Notes under the pieces: generated by a model | Database searches by the model: none | What the model was told of the DNA's origin: nothing | What the model saw: the letters and a program-made list of their open reading frames with translations, nothing else | Assembly: GCA_964016885.1 (NCBI GenBank) | Contig: OZ024744.1 | Location: forward strand, 123,752,001-123,816,000 | Source of the DNA: Eledone cirrhosa | Lineage: Eukaryota | Reading direction: 5' to 3' | DNA length: 64,000 nt | Program-made: the position numbers and the translations under genes | In this document: in pieces, positions 14,265 to 32,462 of the stretch | Layout: each line of letters starts with the position of its first letter | How positions within the stretch are numbered: position 1 is the stretch's first letter

Positions 14265-14882
14265 GTAATAATAATAAAATTGAAGACTAAAATCCAAAGA
14301 GAACTCGATAAGGAAAATATATATCAAATATATAAGAAGCGTAGAGCAAATATCTATTAATATAACAGATTAAAGATTAAGCAAAGAATCGCTGCTTTCA
14401 CCCTTAACGGGATCTTCTGAAACTAACAAAGTCAATCTGTAAACGCAGAACTGGATATTTAAAAAAACGTTGCAACCGGAGGAAGACAGGAAGACGATAC
14501 TTTGGTTCATGGAAACGTTCGCTGGCAAAGAACGGGAAAAAACGAATATAATAGGTCATTAATAGGAGCGGTGAAAAACAATTACGCGCAAAGACAGAAC
14601 CGCGTTTATGGTATAAAAGAGGTCGTAGACTAATGTTCTCTTATGTGGTGCATAGAGACGTTCTCTGGCAATGAACGAAAAAACGAAGATAATATGTCAT
14701 ATGTGGAGCGTGGAGAACAATAGCACGCAAAGACAAAACCACGTAAATTGTATAGCAGAAGTCATAGACTAAAATTCTAACTAGGAGACCAAATGAATCT
14801 CCGCTACAGTAGTTTCAGAAGATCCCGTTAAGGGTGAAAGCAGCAATTCTTTGCTTAAACTTTAATCTGTTATTTTAATAAA
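14265..14882. mobile_element. Fold-back non-coding element with inverted hammerhead-like motifs (CAGAAGA family)
   Basis: ~14362-14426 is inverted at ~14810-14875, with an internal diverged direct repeat. Related copies at ~38697-39040 and ~43150-43268. Confidence 0.7.
14811..14861 (+). ncRNA. Hammerhead-like motif with U4A core variant
   Basis: AGTTT-CAGAAGA-T[CCC gttaa GGG]T-GAAAGCA..TGCTT-AAACT. All three stems pair; CUU site. Confidence 0.55.
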
Positions 14883-14968
14883 TATATGTATATATATATA
14901 TATGTATATATGCAAAATGGCGTAGGATAGAAGAAAGGAAAGGCACAGAAACGAAGAAAGAAATCCCC

Positions 14969-15013
14969 AGTCACTGAAGAGGTCACAGAGTGTGTGACGA
15001 AAGAACTATGACT
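14969..15013 (+). ncRNA. Minimal type I hammerhead
   Basis: AGTCA-CTGAAGA-G[GTCACA gagtg TGTGAC]-GAAAG AA CTA-TGACT. Identical reverse copy at 31741-31785. Confidence 0.8.
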
Positions 15014-15275
15014 ATATATATATAAACAACTATCTGGTTGTGGAACCAACCAACCAACCAGAAATTTATAAATTTGTAAATTTATAAATATTTAACAAAT
15101 TAAATTGAAGTGAAAGCAACTGGTGCGTGTGTTTCTTATTGGCAACATGACCCTCCCAAAGTATAACAATATCGGTTTCAACACACGATTTCAGATAAAG
15201 AATCTTGCTAAACAAATTCAGAAACGAAATATATATATGTATATATATATGTATATATATATGTATATATATATG

Positions 15276-15473
<198 letters not shown>

Positions 15474-15602
15474 TATATGTCTATATATATGTATATATAT
15501 ATATATATATATATGTATTTATATATAAATATATATTTATATATAAATATATAATTCTGGCAATATTATACAAATATGACCCTCCCCAAGTATAACTATA
15601 TT

Positions 15603-15647
<45 letters not shown>

Positions 15648-15752
15648 ATATATATTTATATATATATATATATATATGTATGTATATATATATATGTATG
15701 TATATATATATATATATATATGTATGTATATATATATATATATATATGTATG

Positions 15753-15785
<33 letters not shown>

Positions 15786-15890
15786 ATATATATATGTATT
15801 TATATATATATATATATGTATATATATATTTAAATATGTATTTATATATATATATATATGTATATATATATTTAAATATATATATATATA

Positions 15891-17381
15891 TATGTATAAA
15901 GAAACAGTCAGCAAGGTTAGAATTAACAACGAATATAGTGAAGAGTTTAGCGTAAAAGTTGGCGTCCATCAGGGCTCTGTTCTCAGCCCCCTACTATTTA
16001 TTATTGCCCTTCAGGCTATAACAGAGGAGTTCAAGACAGGCTGCCCATGGGAACTCCTATACGCAGACGACCTGACACTCATAGCGGAATCAATGGCCGA
16101 GCTAGAGAAGAAATTCCAAACATGGAAGCACGGCCTAGAGTCAAAAGGACTTAAAATTAACCTGGCTAAGACCAAAGTTCTAGTTTGTAGGAAAGAAAAC
16201 AAGGCGGCGGTCCCTTCTGGGAAATGGTCGTGCTCGGTATGTAGGAAAGGCGTAGGTAGAAACTCCATCTTATGTCCTAAATGCAAAGTATGGGTGCATA
16301 AAAGATGTAGTGGGATCACAGGTAAGCTAACTAAGAACATAGACTTTACATGTGGCCGGTGTTCTGGTGCAATAAGTAGCAGCAAGTGCCCACAAAATAC
16401 TAGCTCTTTCAATTGCGCAGAGGGTTTTATAGAAATAGTGGACAGCTTCCGTTACCTGGGCGATAAAATCAGCAGTGGGGGAGGGTGCTCTGAAAGTACT
16501 GTAGCTAGAGTCAGAACTGGTTGGAAAAAGTTCAGAGAGCTTATACCACTATTAGCTGCTAAAGGGTTCTCCCTAAAAATGAAAGGCAGGTTGTACGATG
16601 CCTGCATACGAACAGCAATGTTGCATGGTAGTGAGACCTGGGCATTGTGTGCAGAGGATATACGCAGACTAGAGAGGAACGAAGCTTGCATGCTCCGCTG
16701 GATGTGTAACAGTAATATACGTGAACGGCAAAGCATAAACGAACTAAGGAAAAAATTAGAGATAAGAGGGATCAGATGTTGTTTACTCGAGAGAAGGCTG
16801 CGTTGGTATGGACACGTGATGCGCATGAAAGTCGATAGCTGTATTACAAAGTGCAGGGCAATAAAGATAGACGGTAGCCACGGAATAGGCAGACCTAGAA
16901 AAACATGGGATGAGCTGATAAACTCCGACCTCACACACTTACACCTCTCCAAGACAATGTCACTGGACCGTGACCTTTGGCGGTACTCAGTAACAGAGAA
17001 GACCCGCCTTGCCAGTAGGCATCTCTAACAAAATACACCCCTCCCGCCGCCACCCCCACCCCATCCACACCACCCCGTTCTATGTAAAGTTATGTTGGTG
17101 CCGCGCCATCCAGGCCGAAACAAATGAGATCGTGTAGGTGTCACGACAAAAAACACACAGTCCACGCTGTAATGTGGCCGTGTAGGCAACACGGTAAAAA
17201 CCTCCCAGACCCACACTGTAAATGTGGTTGGTGTTAGGAAGGGCATCCAACTGTAGAAAACCTGCCAGACAGTCCTATGCGAGCAAGACAATCACTCTTG
17301 CCTCAAGTGGGACTACCCCCGTCCAAACCCATGCAAGCGTGGAACACGGACGTTAAACGTTGATGATGATGATGATGATGA
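15891..17381 (+). mobile_element. RTE-clade LINE (family A), 5'-truncated
   Basis: [18 protein letters not shown]-like Cys cluster, RT C-terminus to stop at 17028, 3'UTR and (TGA)n tail. Confidence 0.95.
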
Positions 17382-17432
17382 TATATATATGTATATATGT
17401 ATAAATATATATATATATATATATATGTATAA

Positions 17433-17507
<75 letters not shown>

Positions 17508-17509
17508 AT

Positions 17510-19289
17510 ATAAGATCAAAAGATGGTTAAAGGAGTTCCATGTATTTTATTATGCGCATTTCAAAAACAAACATCATCATGCAATAATATTTGTGTTTTC
17601 ATCAGATAAAACAGGAGAACATGATATGAAGGCTAAAAACACTTGTGGATAGTGCAGTTTTAAATCAACGTATGAAAAGTGGTTTTAGATTGATGTGTGA
17701 TATTGGGAAAAATATTTTATTTAGAGAGGGGGGGTGGAAAGGATGAAAAAGGATGAGAGGGAGAGATGGGTGATAGAGGGAAAGAGATAGTTTTTATAAC
17801 TGAGAGGAGATATATTGTTTTACATAGAGAGGTTGAAAACCGTTGGAAGATAATGTATAAATTAAAAGAATTTGAAAATTAACGAAGGGAGGATATGTGC
17901 GAGGAAAAAATATTTTATTTAGGGAGGGGGGGTGGAAAGGATGAAAAAAGGGGGAGGAGATGAGAGTGAAGGTGGAGAGGGAGAGATGGGTGATAGAGAG
18001 AAAGATAGTTTTTATAACTGATAAAAGATATATTGTTTTACATAGAGAGGTTGAGAACCGTTGGAAGATAATGTATAAATTAAAGTAATTTGAAAATTAA
18101 CGAAGGGAATTTATGTATGAAGATAGAGAGAAAAAATAATAATTGTGGATGAATATTCTAACGTCAAAAAAAGTGTATGTTGATAAGTATTGTGGCAATT
18201 TCAAAATTAACGAAGAGAAAAATTATTAAGGTTTGTGTGTAGAAGGATTTGAGAAAAATAATGTGAAGTTAAAGTTTATATATTGAAGGAATTGATAATA
18301 TATGCGAATAAAGAGTTAATATGTATTAAGAATGAGTTCGTTGATGGGGAGAAAAAAAAAAAAAATAATAAATTAAGGATGAAATTGAGATTAAAAAGTT
18401 TTATGATAGAGAGAAAAAATAGTAATGATTGCGGATGAATATTCTAACGTCAAAAAAACAAATGTATATGTTATGAAGGATTTTACAAGGTGAAGAGGGT
18501 AATGAGTAAACAAGTATTATAGAGTGTATAATGCCCTTTAAAGTAAGGTAGGAAGATGGGTATATTTTAAAGAGGTGTATGCCTTTGAGAAAAGATTCTA
18601 AATTGATAAAGAATTGATAAAGATTCTAAATTGATAAAGAATTGAATATCAACGAACTCATTCTTAATACATATTAACTCTTTATTCGCATATATTATCT
18701 CTTTCTCTCTATCACCCATCTCTCCCTCTCCACCTTCACTCTCATCTCCTCCCCCTTTTTTCACCCCACCCCCCTCCCTAAATAAAATATTTTTTCCTCG
18801 CAGATATCCTCCCTTCGTTAATTTTCAAATTCTTTTAATTTATACATTATCTTCCAACGGTTTTCAACCTCTCTATGTAAAACAATATATCTCCTCTCAG
18901 TTATAAAAACTATCTCTTTCTCTCTATCACCCATCTCTCCCTCTCATCTCCTCCCCTTTTTCATTCTTTCCACCCCCCCCCTCTCTAAATAAAATATTTT
19001 TCCCAATATCACACATCAATCTAAAACCACTTTTCATATGTTGATTTAAAACTGCACTATCCACAGTGTTTTTAGCCTTCATATCATGTTCTCCTGTTTT
19101 ATCTGATGAAAACACAAATATTATTGCATGATGATGTTTGTTTTTGAAATGCGCATAATAAAATACATGGAACTCCTTTAACCATCTTTTGATCTTATAT
19201 TATGTATACTCCAGTCCTACAAACTGTAGAGTGCTTCTTACCCGATATCTGCATTGCTTTATTGTACTACAATAAAACTCACCTCCTAC

Positions 19290-19290
<1 letters not shown>
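17510..19290. mobile_element. Fold-back PLE pseudo-LTR (family A) with hammerheads in both orientations
   Basis: ~17510-17900 is inverted at ~18800-19200. Interior is the reverse complement of the 3'UTR at 25540-26490. Hammerheads at 17545-17611 (-) and 19097-19163 (+). Confidence 0.85.
19097..19163 (+). ncRNA. Type I hammerhead, family A (12 copies in window)
   Basis: TTTTAT-CTGATGA-[AAACACAAATATTAT..ATGATGTTTGTTTTT]-GAAAT GCGC ATA-ATAAAA with palindromic ATGCGCAT and AUA site. Other copies start at 17545(-), 24823(-), 26387(+), 28291(-), 32464(-), 32658(+, GAAA>TAAA), 33177(-), 33371(+), 39208(-, AUG site), 48253(-), 48452(+). Confidence 0.85.
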
Positions 19291-22020
<2,730 letters not shown>

Positions 22021-24667
22021 AAGTAGGACAGAAGAGGTCCTTGACAAACTGGACCCGGGTCTCAACATCCTACTGCTGGGAGACTTCAACCTACCAAATG
22101 TCAAATGGTCTGAGGGCCACCTCCTCCCTGGAATGACGTCAATAGAACAGAGACAGACGGAATCCCTGCTGGCCCTCACACACAGGCTGTTCATGGAGCA
22201 AGCAATACTCCTCCCAACAAGAGGCGAAAATGTCCTGGACCTCTGTTTTACAAACAACGAAGTGCTCATCCACAATGTAAAGGTGACACCAACAATCCTC
22301 TCGGATCATAACTTAGTAGAGCTAATGATATGTGGTCCAAGAGAACCAACAGAGGCAAAACCACCAAGAAGCTCCGGGACGCTATCCAGCCTTAACTTCT
22401 ACAAGGCTAACTGGAAAAAGATATGGAGTGAAAGCACCGCCACACAAGACACTAACACACAATTTCAACACTTCATGACAACGATACACACCATATGCAA
22501 AAAGTTTGTCCCGGAGAAAGAGGCAAACAGACACAAAAACTTATTTCCAGAGATAGGAAAATCCTTATGAGACGTAGAACTAAACTCTCAAACCAGTTGA
22601 ATAGTCAACTTATCAAAAACAAGAAGGAATCCTATTTGAAACATGCACTACTTGACACCGAGATTGCACTCAAACTTTCACATGAGAATGAGAGGGCAAA
22701 GAAAGAGAACAGGGCCATAGAAAACATTAAAACAAACCCTAAGGCCTTCTTTAAATTTGCAAAAGAAACTGCCTCAGTACACTGCAAGATTGGGCCACTC
22801 TTCCACACGGACGGTTCATTAACCGAAAACCCCCAAGAGATATGTGAAATACTGAACGAACAGTACAAAAGTGTGTTCACATGTCCACTGAGGCACATGC
22901 AAATAACGAAGCCAGAGGAGTTCTTTGATGCCACAACACTACATCAAGAAATGGTAACCATCAACCACATAGACATAACGGAGGAGGATGTGGTGTACGC
23001 CATTGATGAAATTAGAACAGACTCGGCTGCTGGACCTGATGGATTCCCAGCAGTTCTCTTAAAAATATGTAAGCGGGCCTTAGCAACTCTACTGAAGATG
23101 CTCTTCAGAAGCTCCTTGGCTAGCGGTGTACTACCCAGGGAGCTGAAAGAAGGCACAATATGCCCTTTCCATAAAGGAGGTAGTAGAGCGGAGGCCAAGA
23201 ACTATAGGCCAGTCTCCCTGACGTCGTATATCAGTAAGGTCATGGAGCGAGTCGTCAGAAAGAAACTAATCACTTTCCTCGAAGAAAATGACCGCCTGAC
23301 TAGCACGCAACATGGCTTCCGCCCAGGAAGAAGCTGCCTTACACAGCTGCTACATCACTACGACTGGGTACTGAGACAACTACTAGACAGCTCACATGTA
23401 GACGTGATATATCTTGACTTTGCGAAGGCCTTTGACAAGGTCGACCACGGAATGATATGTCACAAACTACACGGACTCGGCATAACTGGAAAAGTAGGTG
23501 AGTGGTTGCATGGCTTCCTAAGGGACAGAAGCCAGGCAGTCGCAGCAAATGGGGCCCTCTCGAGGGAAACACCGATAACAAGTGGGGTGCCCCAGGGGAC
23601 AGTCCTGGGACGACTACTGTTTTTGGTGGCTCTCTCGGACATGCCCTCTGTGGTGCATGCAACAACATCCCTCACTAGCTATGCTGATGACACTAAGGTA
23701 GCACAGGCAATCAAAAACCCGGCTGACGCTGCCCTTTTACAGCAGGATCTGGATGCCATATACAGATGGGCGGAAGAAAACAACATGCAGTTTAATGCTG
23801 GCAAATTCCAAGCCCTACAATACAAACCTGCAAACACAAATATAGTGGAACACAGCAACACAGGACCAGGAGGGACCGATATCCCCGTGTCAAAATCGAT
23901 ACGAGACCTGGGCATAGACATGAGCGATGATGCATCTTTTTCTTCACACATCATGAAAGTGGCGACAATGTGCAGACGACTCGCTGGCTGGATCTTGAGG
24001 ACTTTCCGGACAAGAGATCGAGACACCATGTTGACACTGTGGAGGACTTTTGTCCTAAGCCGCCTGGACTACTGCTCCCAGTTGTGGTCACCCCATAGTG
24101 TCAAACTAACCACGGAGCTTGAGGCAATCCAGCGAAGCTACACCAAGAGGATTGCCAAGATGAGGGAGACAAGCTACTGGGAGAGGCTAAAGGAACTGAA
24201 CCTCTACTCCTTGGAGCGAAGACGGGAGAGATACGCAGTGATCTACATGTGGAAAATCCTGGAGAGACTAGCACCAAACTTTGGCATTGGGAGCTGGACC
24301 AACCGTCGAACAGGACGTCACTGTGTGGTGCCAAAGGTCCCGTCTTCCACATCGAGAATAAGGAGCAGGTATTGCAATAGCCTGGGATTCAAGGGCCTTC
24401 AACTCTTCAACAGGCTGCCGAGGCATCTGAGAGACTTGCATGACGTGGAGGTGGATGTCTTTAAGAAACATCTCGACACCTTGTTATCCAGGATCCCGGA
24501 TGAGCCCACAGCAAGACACGAGGGAAACCTAAGGGCAGCAGCAACAAACTCCCTCCTACACCAGTGGCCAACCTATACAGGCTGGAGATAAAATGTGTAG
24601 CAACAAGGGCGGTGCCCCAGCAGGGCCTCAGCCGGATGGCTGAAACAGGTAAAAGAGTAAAAGAGTA
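22021..24667 (+). mobile_element. CR1/L2-group LINE, 5'-truncated, one frameshift
   Basis: APE end ([21 protein letters not shown]), then RT ORF 22495-24591 ([44 protein letters not shown]). (TAAAAGAG)n tail. Confidence 0.93.
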
Positions 24668-24694
24668 TATATATATGTATATATATATATATAT

Positions 24695-26490
24695 GTAGGA
24701 GGTGAGTTTTATTGTAGTACAATAAAGCAATGCAGATATCGGATAAGAAGCACTCTACAGTTTGTAGGACTGGAGTATACATAATATATAAGAACAAAAG
24801 ATGGTTAAAGGAGTTCCATGTATTTTATTATGCGCATTTCAAAAACAAACATCATCATGCAATAATATTTGTGTTTTCATCAGATAAAACAGGAGGACAT
24901 GATATGAAGGCTAAAAAACACTTGTGGATAGTGCAGTTTTAAATCAACATATAAGAAGTAGTTTTAGATTGATGTGTGATATTGGGGAAAATATTTTATT
25001 TAGAGGGGGTGGGGGGTGGAAAGGATGAAAAAAAGAGGAGGAGATGAGAGTGAAGGTGGAGAGGGAGGAATATAATTAGGAAGGATGAGATAGGAGGAGA
25101 GATGGGTGATAGAGAGTGAGAGATAGTATTAAAAATAAATGTCCTCTCAACACCCATTGTCTTGATAAAAACTTAATTTATGAATGTAAAGTTATAACTA
25201 ACACCAATTCCGTCACCTATTTTGGCTCCACTTCCACCTCTTTTAAAGCTCGTCTCTATAATCATCATTCATCTTTTAAATACAAACTTAAAAGAACCAA
25301 CACGGCTCTCTCAGAACTCATATGGTCCTTGAAAGACAAAAACATTAAATATACCATCTTTTGGAAGAAGGTTTCTTCTGCGTCCACATACTTGAACAGT
25401 TCTCTATCTAAAATCTACAATCTCTGCCTAAATGAAAAATTTACCATTATCTCTAATCTAGATTCTATAATAAATAGACTTGTTTTCTATCTGCTTGCAT
25501 AAATTCCATAAAACATTTCACAAAGTATACAGCTAGTATTCAATTCTTTATCAATTTAGAATCTTTTTCTCAAAGGCACATATACATACACCTCTTTTAA
25601 AATATACCCATCTTCCTACCTTATTTCAAAGGGTATTATACACTCTATAATACTTGTTTACTCATTACCCTTACTCTATTTTCACCTTGTAAAATCCTTC
25701 GTAACGTATACATTTGTTTTGACGCCAGATTATTCATCCTTAATTCATTATTTTTTTCTCCCTATCATCTAACTCATTCTCAATACATATTAACTTTTTC
25801 TTCGCACATATTATCAATTCCTTCAATATACAAACCTTAACTTCACATTATTTTTCTCAAATCCTTCAATATACAAACCTTAACTTTACATTTTTTTCTC
25901 TTCGTTAATTTTCAAATTTCCATAATACTTGTAAACATACACACTTTTTTTGACGTTAGAATATTCATCCGCAATTCATTATTCTCTTCTTCTCTCTATC
26001 ATCAAACTCATTATTCTCAATACATATTAACTCCCTCTCCTTCTTCGCACATATTTTTCCCTTCGTTAATTTTCAAATTCTTTTAATTTATACATTATCT
26101 TCCAACGGTTTTCAACCTCTCTATGTAAAACAATATATCTTTCTTAGTTATAAAAACTATCTCTCTCTCTCTATCACCCATCTCTCCTATCTCATCCTTC
26201 CTCATTATATTCCTCCCTCTCCACCTTCACTCTCATCTCCTCCTCTCTTTTTCATCCTTTCCCCCCCCCCCTCTAAATAAAATATTTTTCCCAATATCAC
26301 ACATCAATCTAAAACTACTTCTCATATGTTGATTTAAAACTGCACTATCCACAAGTGTTTTTTAGCCTTCATATCATGTCCTCCTGTTTTATCTGATGAA
26401 AACACAAATATTATTGCATGATGATGTTTGTTTTTGAAATGCGCATAATAAAATACATGGAACTCCTTTAACCATCTTTTGTTCTTATAT
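24695..26490 (+). mobile_element. 5'-truncated Penelope-like element (family A): inverted pLTR, GIY-YIG end, 3'UTR with hammerhead
   Basis: ORF 25116-25502 (CPLNTHCLDKNLIY..YFGST..FKARLYNH..TALSELIWSLK..LCLNEK). Sense hammerhead 26387-26453. Inverted copy of the 3' end at 24695-25125. Confidence 0.88.
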
Positions 26491-26631
26491 ATATATATGT
26501 ATATATATAAAATATTAAAAAAATAATGAATAAAACAATGAAACAGTTCCTTATATTAAACAAAAAAAGTTCATTATTTAACGATCGTTTCTGGGATATA
26601 TATGTGTTAGAATTGGCATATAGATTTATCT

Positions 26632-28255
<1,624 letters not shown>

Positions 28256-28258
<3 letters not shown>

Positions 28259-28520
28259 AGAACTAAAGATGGTTAAAAGAGTTCCATGTATTTTATTATG
28301 CGCATTTCAAAAACAAATATCATCAAGCAATAATATTTGTGTTTTCATCAGATAAAACGGGAAGACATGATATGAAGGTTAAAAAACACTTGTGGGTAGT
28401 GCAGTTTTAAATCAACATATATATATATATTATGTATACTCCAGTCCTACAAACTGTAGAGTGCTTCTTATCCGATATCTGCATCGCTTTATTGTACTAC
28501 AATAAAACTCACCTCCTACA
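28256..28520. mobile_element. Rearranged PLE family A pLTR fragments
   Basis: Minus-strand hammerhead 28291-28357, followed by the plus-strand terminal segment (tatgtatactccagtcc..ctcctaca). Confidence 0.8.
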
Positions 28521-28526
28521 TATATG

Positions 28527-28558
<32 letters not shown>

Positions 28559-28559
28559 A

Positions 28560-28609
<50 letters not shown>

Positions 28610-28667
28610 GTATATATATATATGTATATATATATATATGTATATATATATATGTGTATATATATAT

Positions 28668-28712
<45 letters not shown>

Positions 28713-28821
28713 TGTATATATATGTATATATGTGTATATATATGTATATATATGTATATATATGTATATATATATATGTATATGTATATATATATATGTA
28801 TATATATATGTGTATATATAT

Positions 28822-28861
<40 letters not shown>

Positions 28862-28922
28862 GTGTATATATATATATGTGTATATATATATATGTGTATA
28901 TATATATATATATGTATGTATA

Positions 28923-28955
<33 letters not shown>

Positions 28956-29028
28956 GTGTATATATATGTGTATATATATATATGTGTATATATATGTGTA
29001 TATATATATGTATATGTATGTATATATA

Positions 29029-29061
<33 letters not shown>

Positions 29062-29077
29062 GCATGTATATATATGC

Positions 29078-29212
29078 ATTGGATATCGAATGCTCTACTA
29101 AATATATAATATTATTGATGTAGCGAGATCTAGGCAAATTGATGTCTATTGAAACGTACGTAAGAACCGAATAAATCTCTTTTACTGCATCTTTCTGTAC
29201 TTTTTAATTCTT
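29078..29212 (+). other. Truncated hammerhead (stem II, GAAAC GTAC GTA; 5' core missing)
   Basis: ttggatatcga..ttgatgtcta hairpin, then GAAAC-GTAC-GTA with palindromic ACGTACGT. TA array lies where CUGANGA would be. Confidence 0.45.
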
Positions 29213-30332
<1,120 letters not shown>

Positions 30333-30608
30333 TAATTTAATATATCAACTAACATAAGCGCACAGATGCACGCCCATGCCAGCAAATACACAGGTTATGT
30401 CATAGTACCTAGGTGGTTCAATGCAGGAGAATGCAGAACAATAATATAAAGGACGTAAAATAAAAAAATATTTTTTTAAAAAAAAAAAAAAAAAAAATTT
30501 AAAAAAAAAATTTTCAGTCCTCGCAAGCTGTTCGATTTACCGAATTATTATTATTTTTATATGAGCCGCCAGTGTCCGCGCATTGCCTGGAGACTTAACT
30601 GAGAATAG

Positions 30609-30690
30609 ACTTCCTGATGACGCAATGAATTCTCGACAGTTGAATTACGTAACTGTCTTTATCCCATTGCAGAAACTAATTAGTTGGAGT
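30609..30690 (+). ncRNA. Type I hammerhead (tandem copy 1)
   Basis: ACTTC-CTGATGA-C[GCAATG..CATTGC]A-GAAAC TAATTA GTT-GGAGT with palindromic AACTAATTAGTT. Confidence 0.8.
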
Positions 30691-31185
30691 GAAAATTTAA
30701 GTAAGAAAAAAAAAAAAAAAAAAAATTTTTTTTTAAATTTTTTTTTTTTTAAAAAAATATTTTTTTATTTTACGTCCTTTATATTATTGTTCTGCATTCT
30801 CCTGCATTGAACCACCTAGGTACTATGACATAACCTGTGTATTTGCTGGCATGGGCGTGCATCTGTGCGCTTATGTTAGTTGATATATTAAATTATCTAT
30901 ATTTATCTCCAAATCACTGATTTGTCGAGCAAACTTGTCAAAACCACTTCTAAAAAAATTTTTTTTGGGGTGTTAGTAGGCGTCAGTCATCTTACCATCC
31001 CATTCCTTCTAACTAGCCTCTGTGTCACGTGATTGATTCTTTAGAATCGGCCATTTGACTTGAAGCAGTGAGAATTTCGGTACATAGAATTCAGTCCTCG
31101 CAAGCTGTTCGATTTACCGAATTATTATTATTTTTATATGAGCCGCCAGTGTCCGCGCATTGCCTGGAGACTTAACTGAGAATAG

Positions 31186-31267
31186 ACTTCCTGATGACGC
31201 AATGAATTCTCGACAGTTGAATTACGTAACTGTCTTTATCCCATTGCAGAAACTAATTAGTTGGAGT
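31186..31267 (+). ncRNA. Type I hammerhead (tandem copy 2)
   Basis: Identical to 30609-30690. Confidence 0.8.
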
Positions 31268-31437
31268 GAAAATTTAAGTAAAAAATTTTTTTTTAAATTT
31301 TTTTTTTAAAAAATATTTTTTTATTTTACGTCCTTTATATATATATATATATATACATAGATAGATATATATATATATACATAGATATATATATATATAT
31401 ACATAGATATAGATATATATATATATACATAGATATA

Positions 31438-31544
<107 letters not shown>

Positions 31545-31639
31545 CATTTCTGAATTTGTTTAGCAAGATTCTTTATCTGAAATCGTGTGTTGAAACCGAT
31601 ATTGTTATACTTTGCGAGGGTCATGTTGCCAATAAGAAA

Positions 31640-32462
31640 CACACTCACCAGCTGCTTTCACTTCAATTTATTATATATTTATAAATTTATAAATTTCTGG
31701 TTGGTTGGTTGGTTCCACAACCAGATAGTTGTTTATATATAGTCATAGTTCTTTCGTCACACACTCTGTGACCTCTTCAGTGACTGGGGATTCCTTTCTT
31801 TGTTTCTGTGCCTCTCCTTTGTTCTGTCCTACGCCATTTTGTTTCTGTGTGTGTGTTGTGTGCTTAGTCTGCGCATGCGCCACATCCGGGTGTCTGTGTG
31901 TGTTTATGTTCATTTATTTATTTGTTTATTTACATGTTACTGGTTGGTTGTTTGTTCTATGTGTGTGTGTGTTTTCTACTAGAAATGTAGTATATAGCAT
32001 AAGATGTACTGAAGGACAATGTAGATACAAAATATAGTGTACATAGGTGAGACAGCTCGTAGTGTAGGGGAACGGATAAATGAACACTGGCGAGACCTTC
32101 AAGATAATAAATAATCATCTGTACTCTACCAACATGCTAAGATAGAACACAAGGGTAAATTAGAGAACATAGAAATAAAAATAGAATCTACACACAGAAA
32201 AGACGCAATGTTTAGACAAATTACAGAGGCAATAAACATAAAAGAATTCAAAAATTAAATAGAAAATTAAATAGAAAATATGAGTGGAACAGCAACATCA
32301 CAACTTACAATTAAGGACAAAATGAAAACACAAACACACATAGAACAAACAACCAACCAGTAACATGTAAATAAACAAATAAATAAATGAACATAAACAC
32401 ACACAGACACCCGGATGTGGCGCATGCGCAGACTGAGCACACAACACACACACAGAAACAAA
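31640..32462 (+). mobile_element. 5'-truncated Penelope-like element: inverted pLTR and decayed GIY-YIG end
   Basis: ~31976-32300 reads RNVVYSIRCTEGQC..VYIGETARSVGERINEH..LYQHAKIEH..RQITEAINI..YEWN with a frameshift and stop. 31640-31975 is an inverted pLTR with a hammerhead at 31741-31785 (-). Confidence 0.8.

Noticed and set aside
15185-15232. Hammerhead in the recurrent short module (CAGATAA..GAAAC)
   Set aside because: Two core deviations and no stem III or NUH site.
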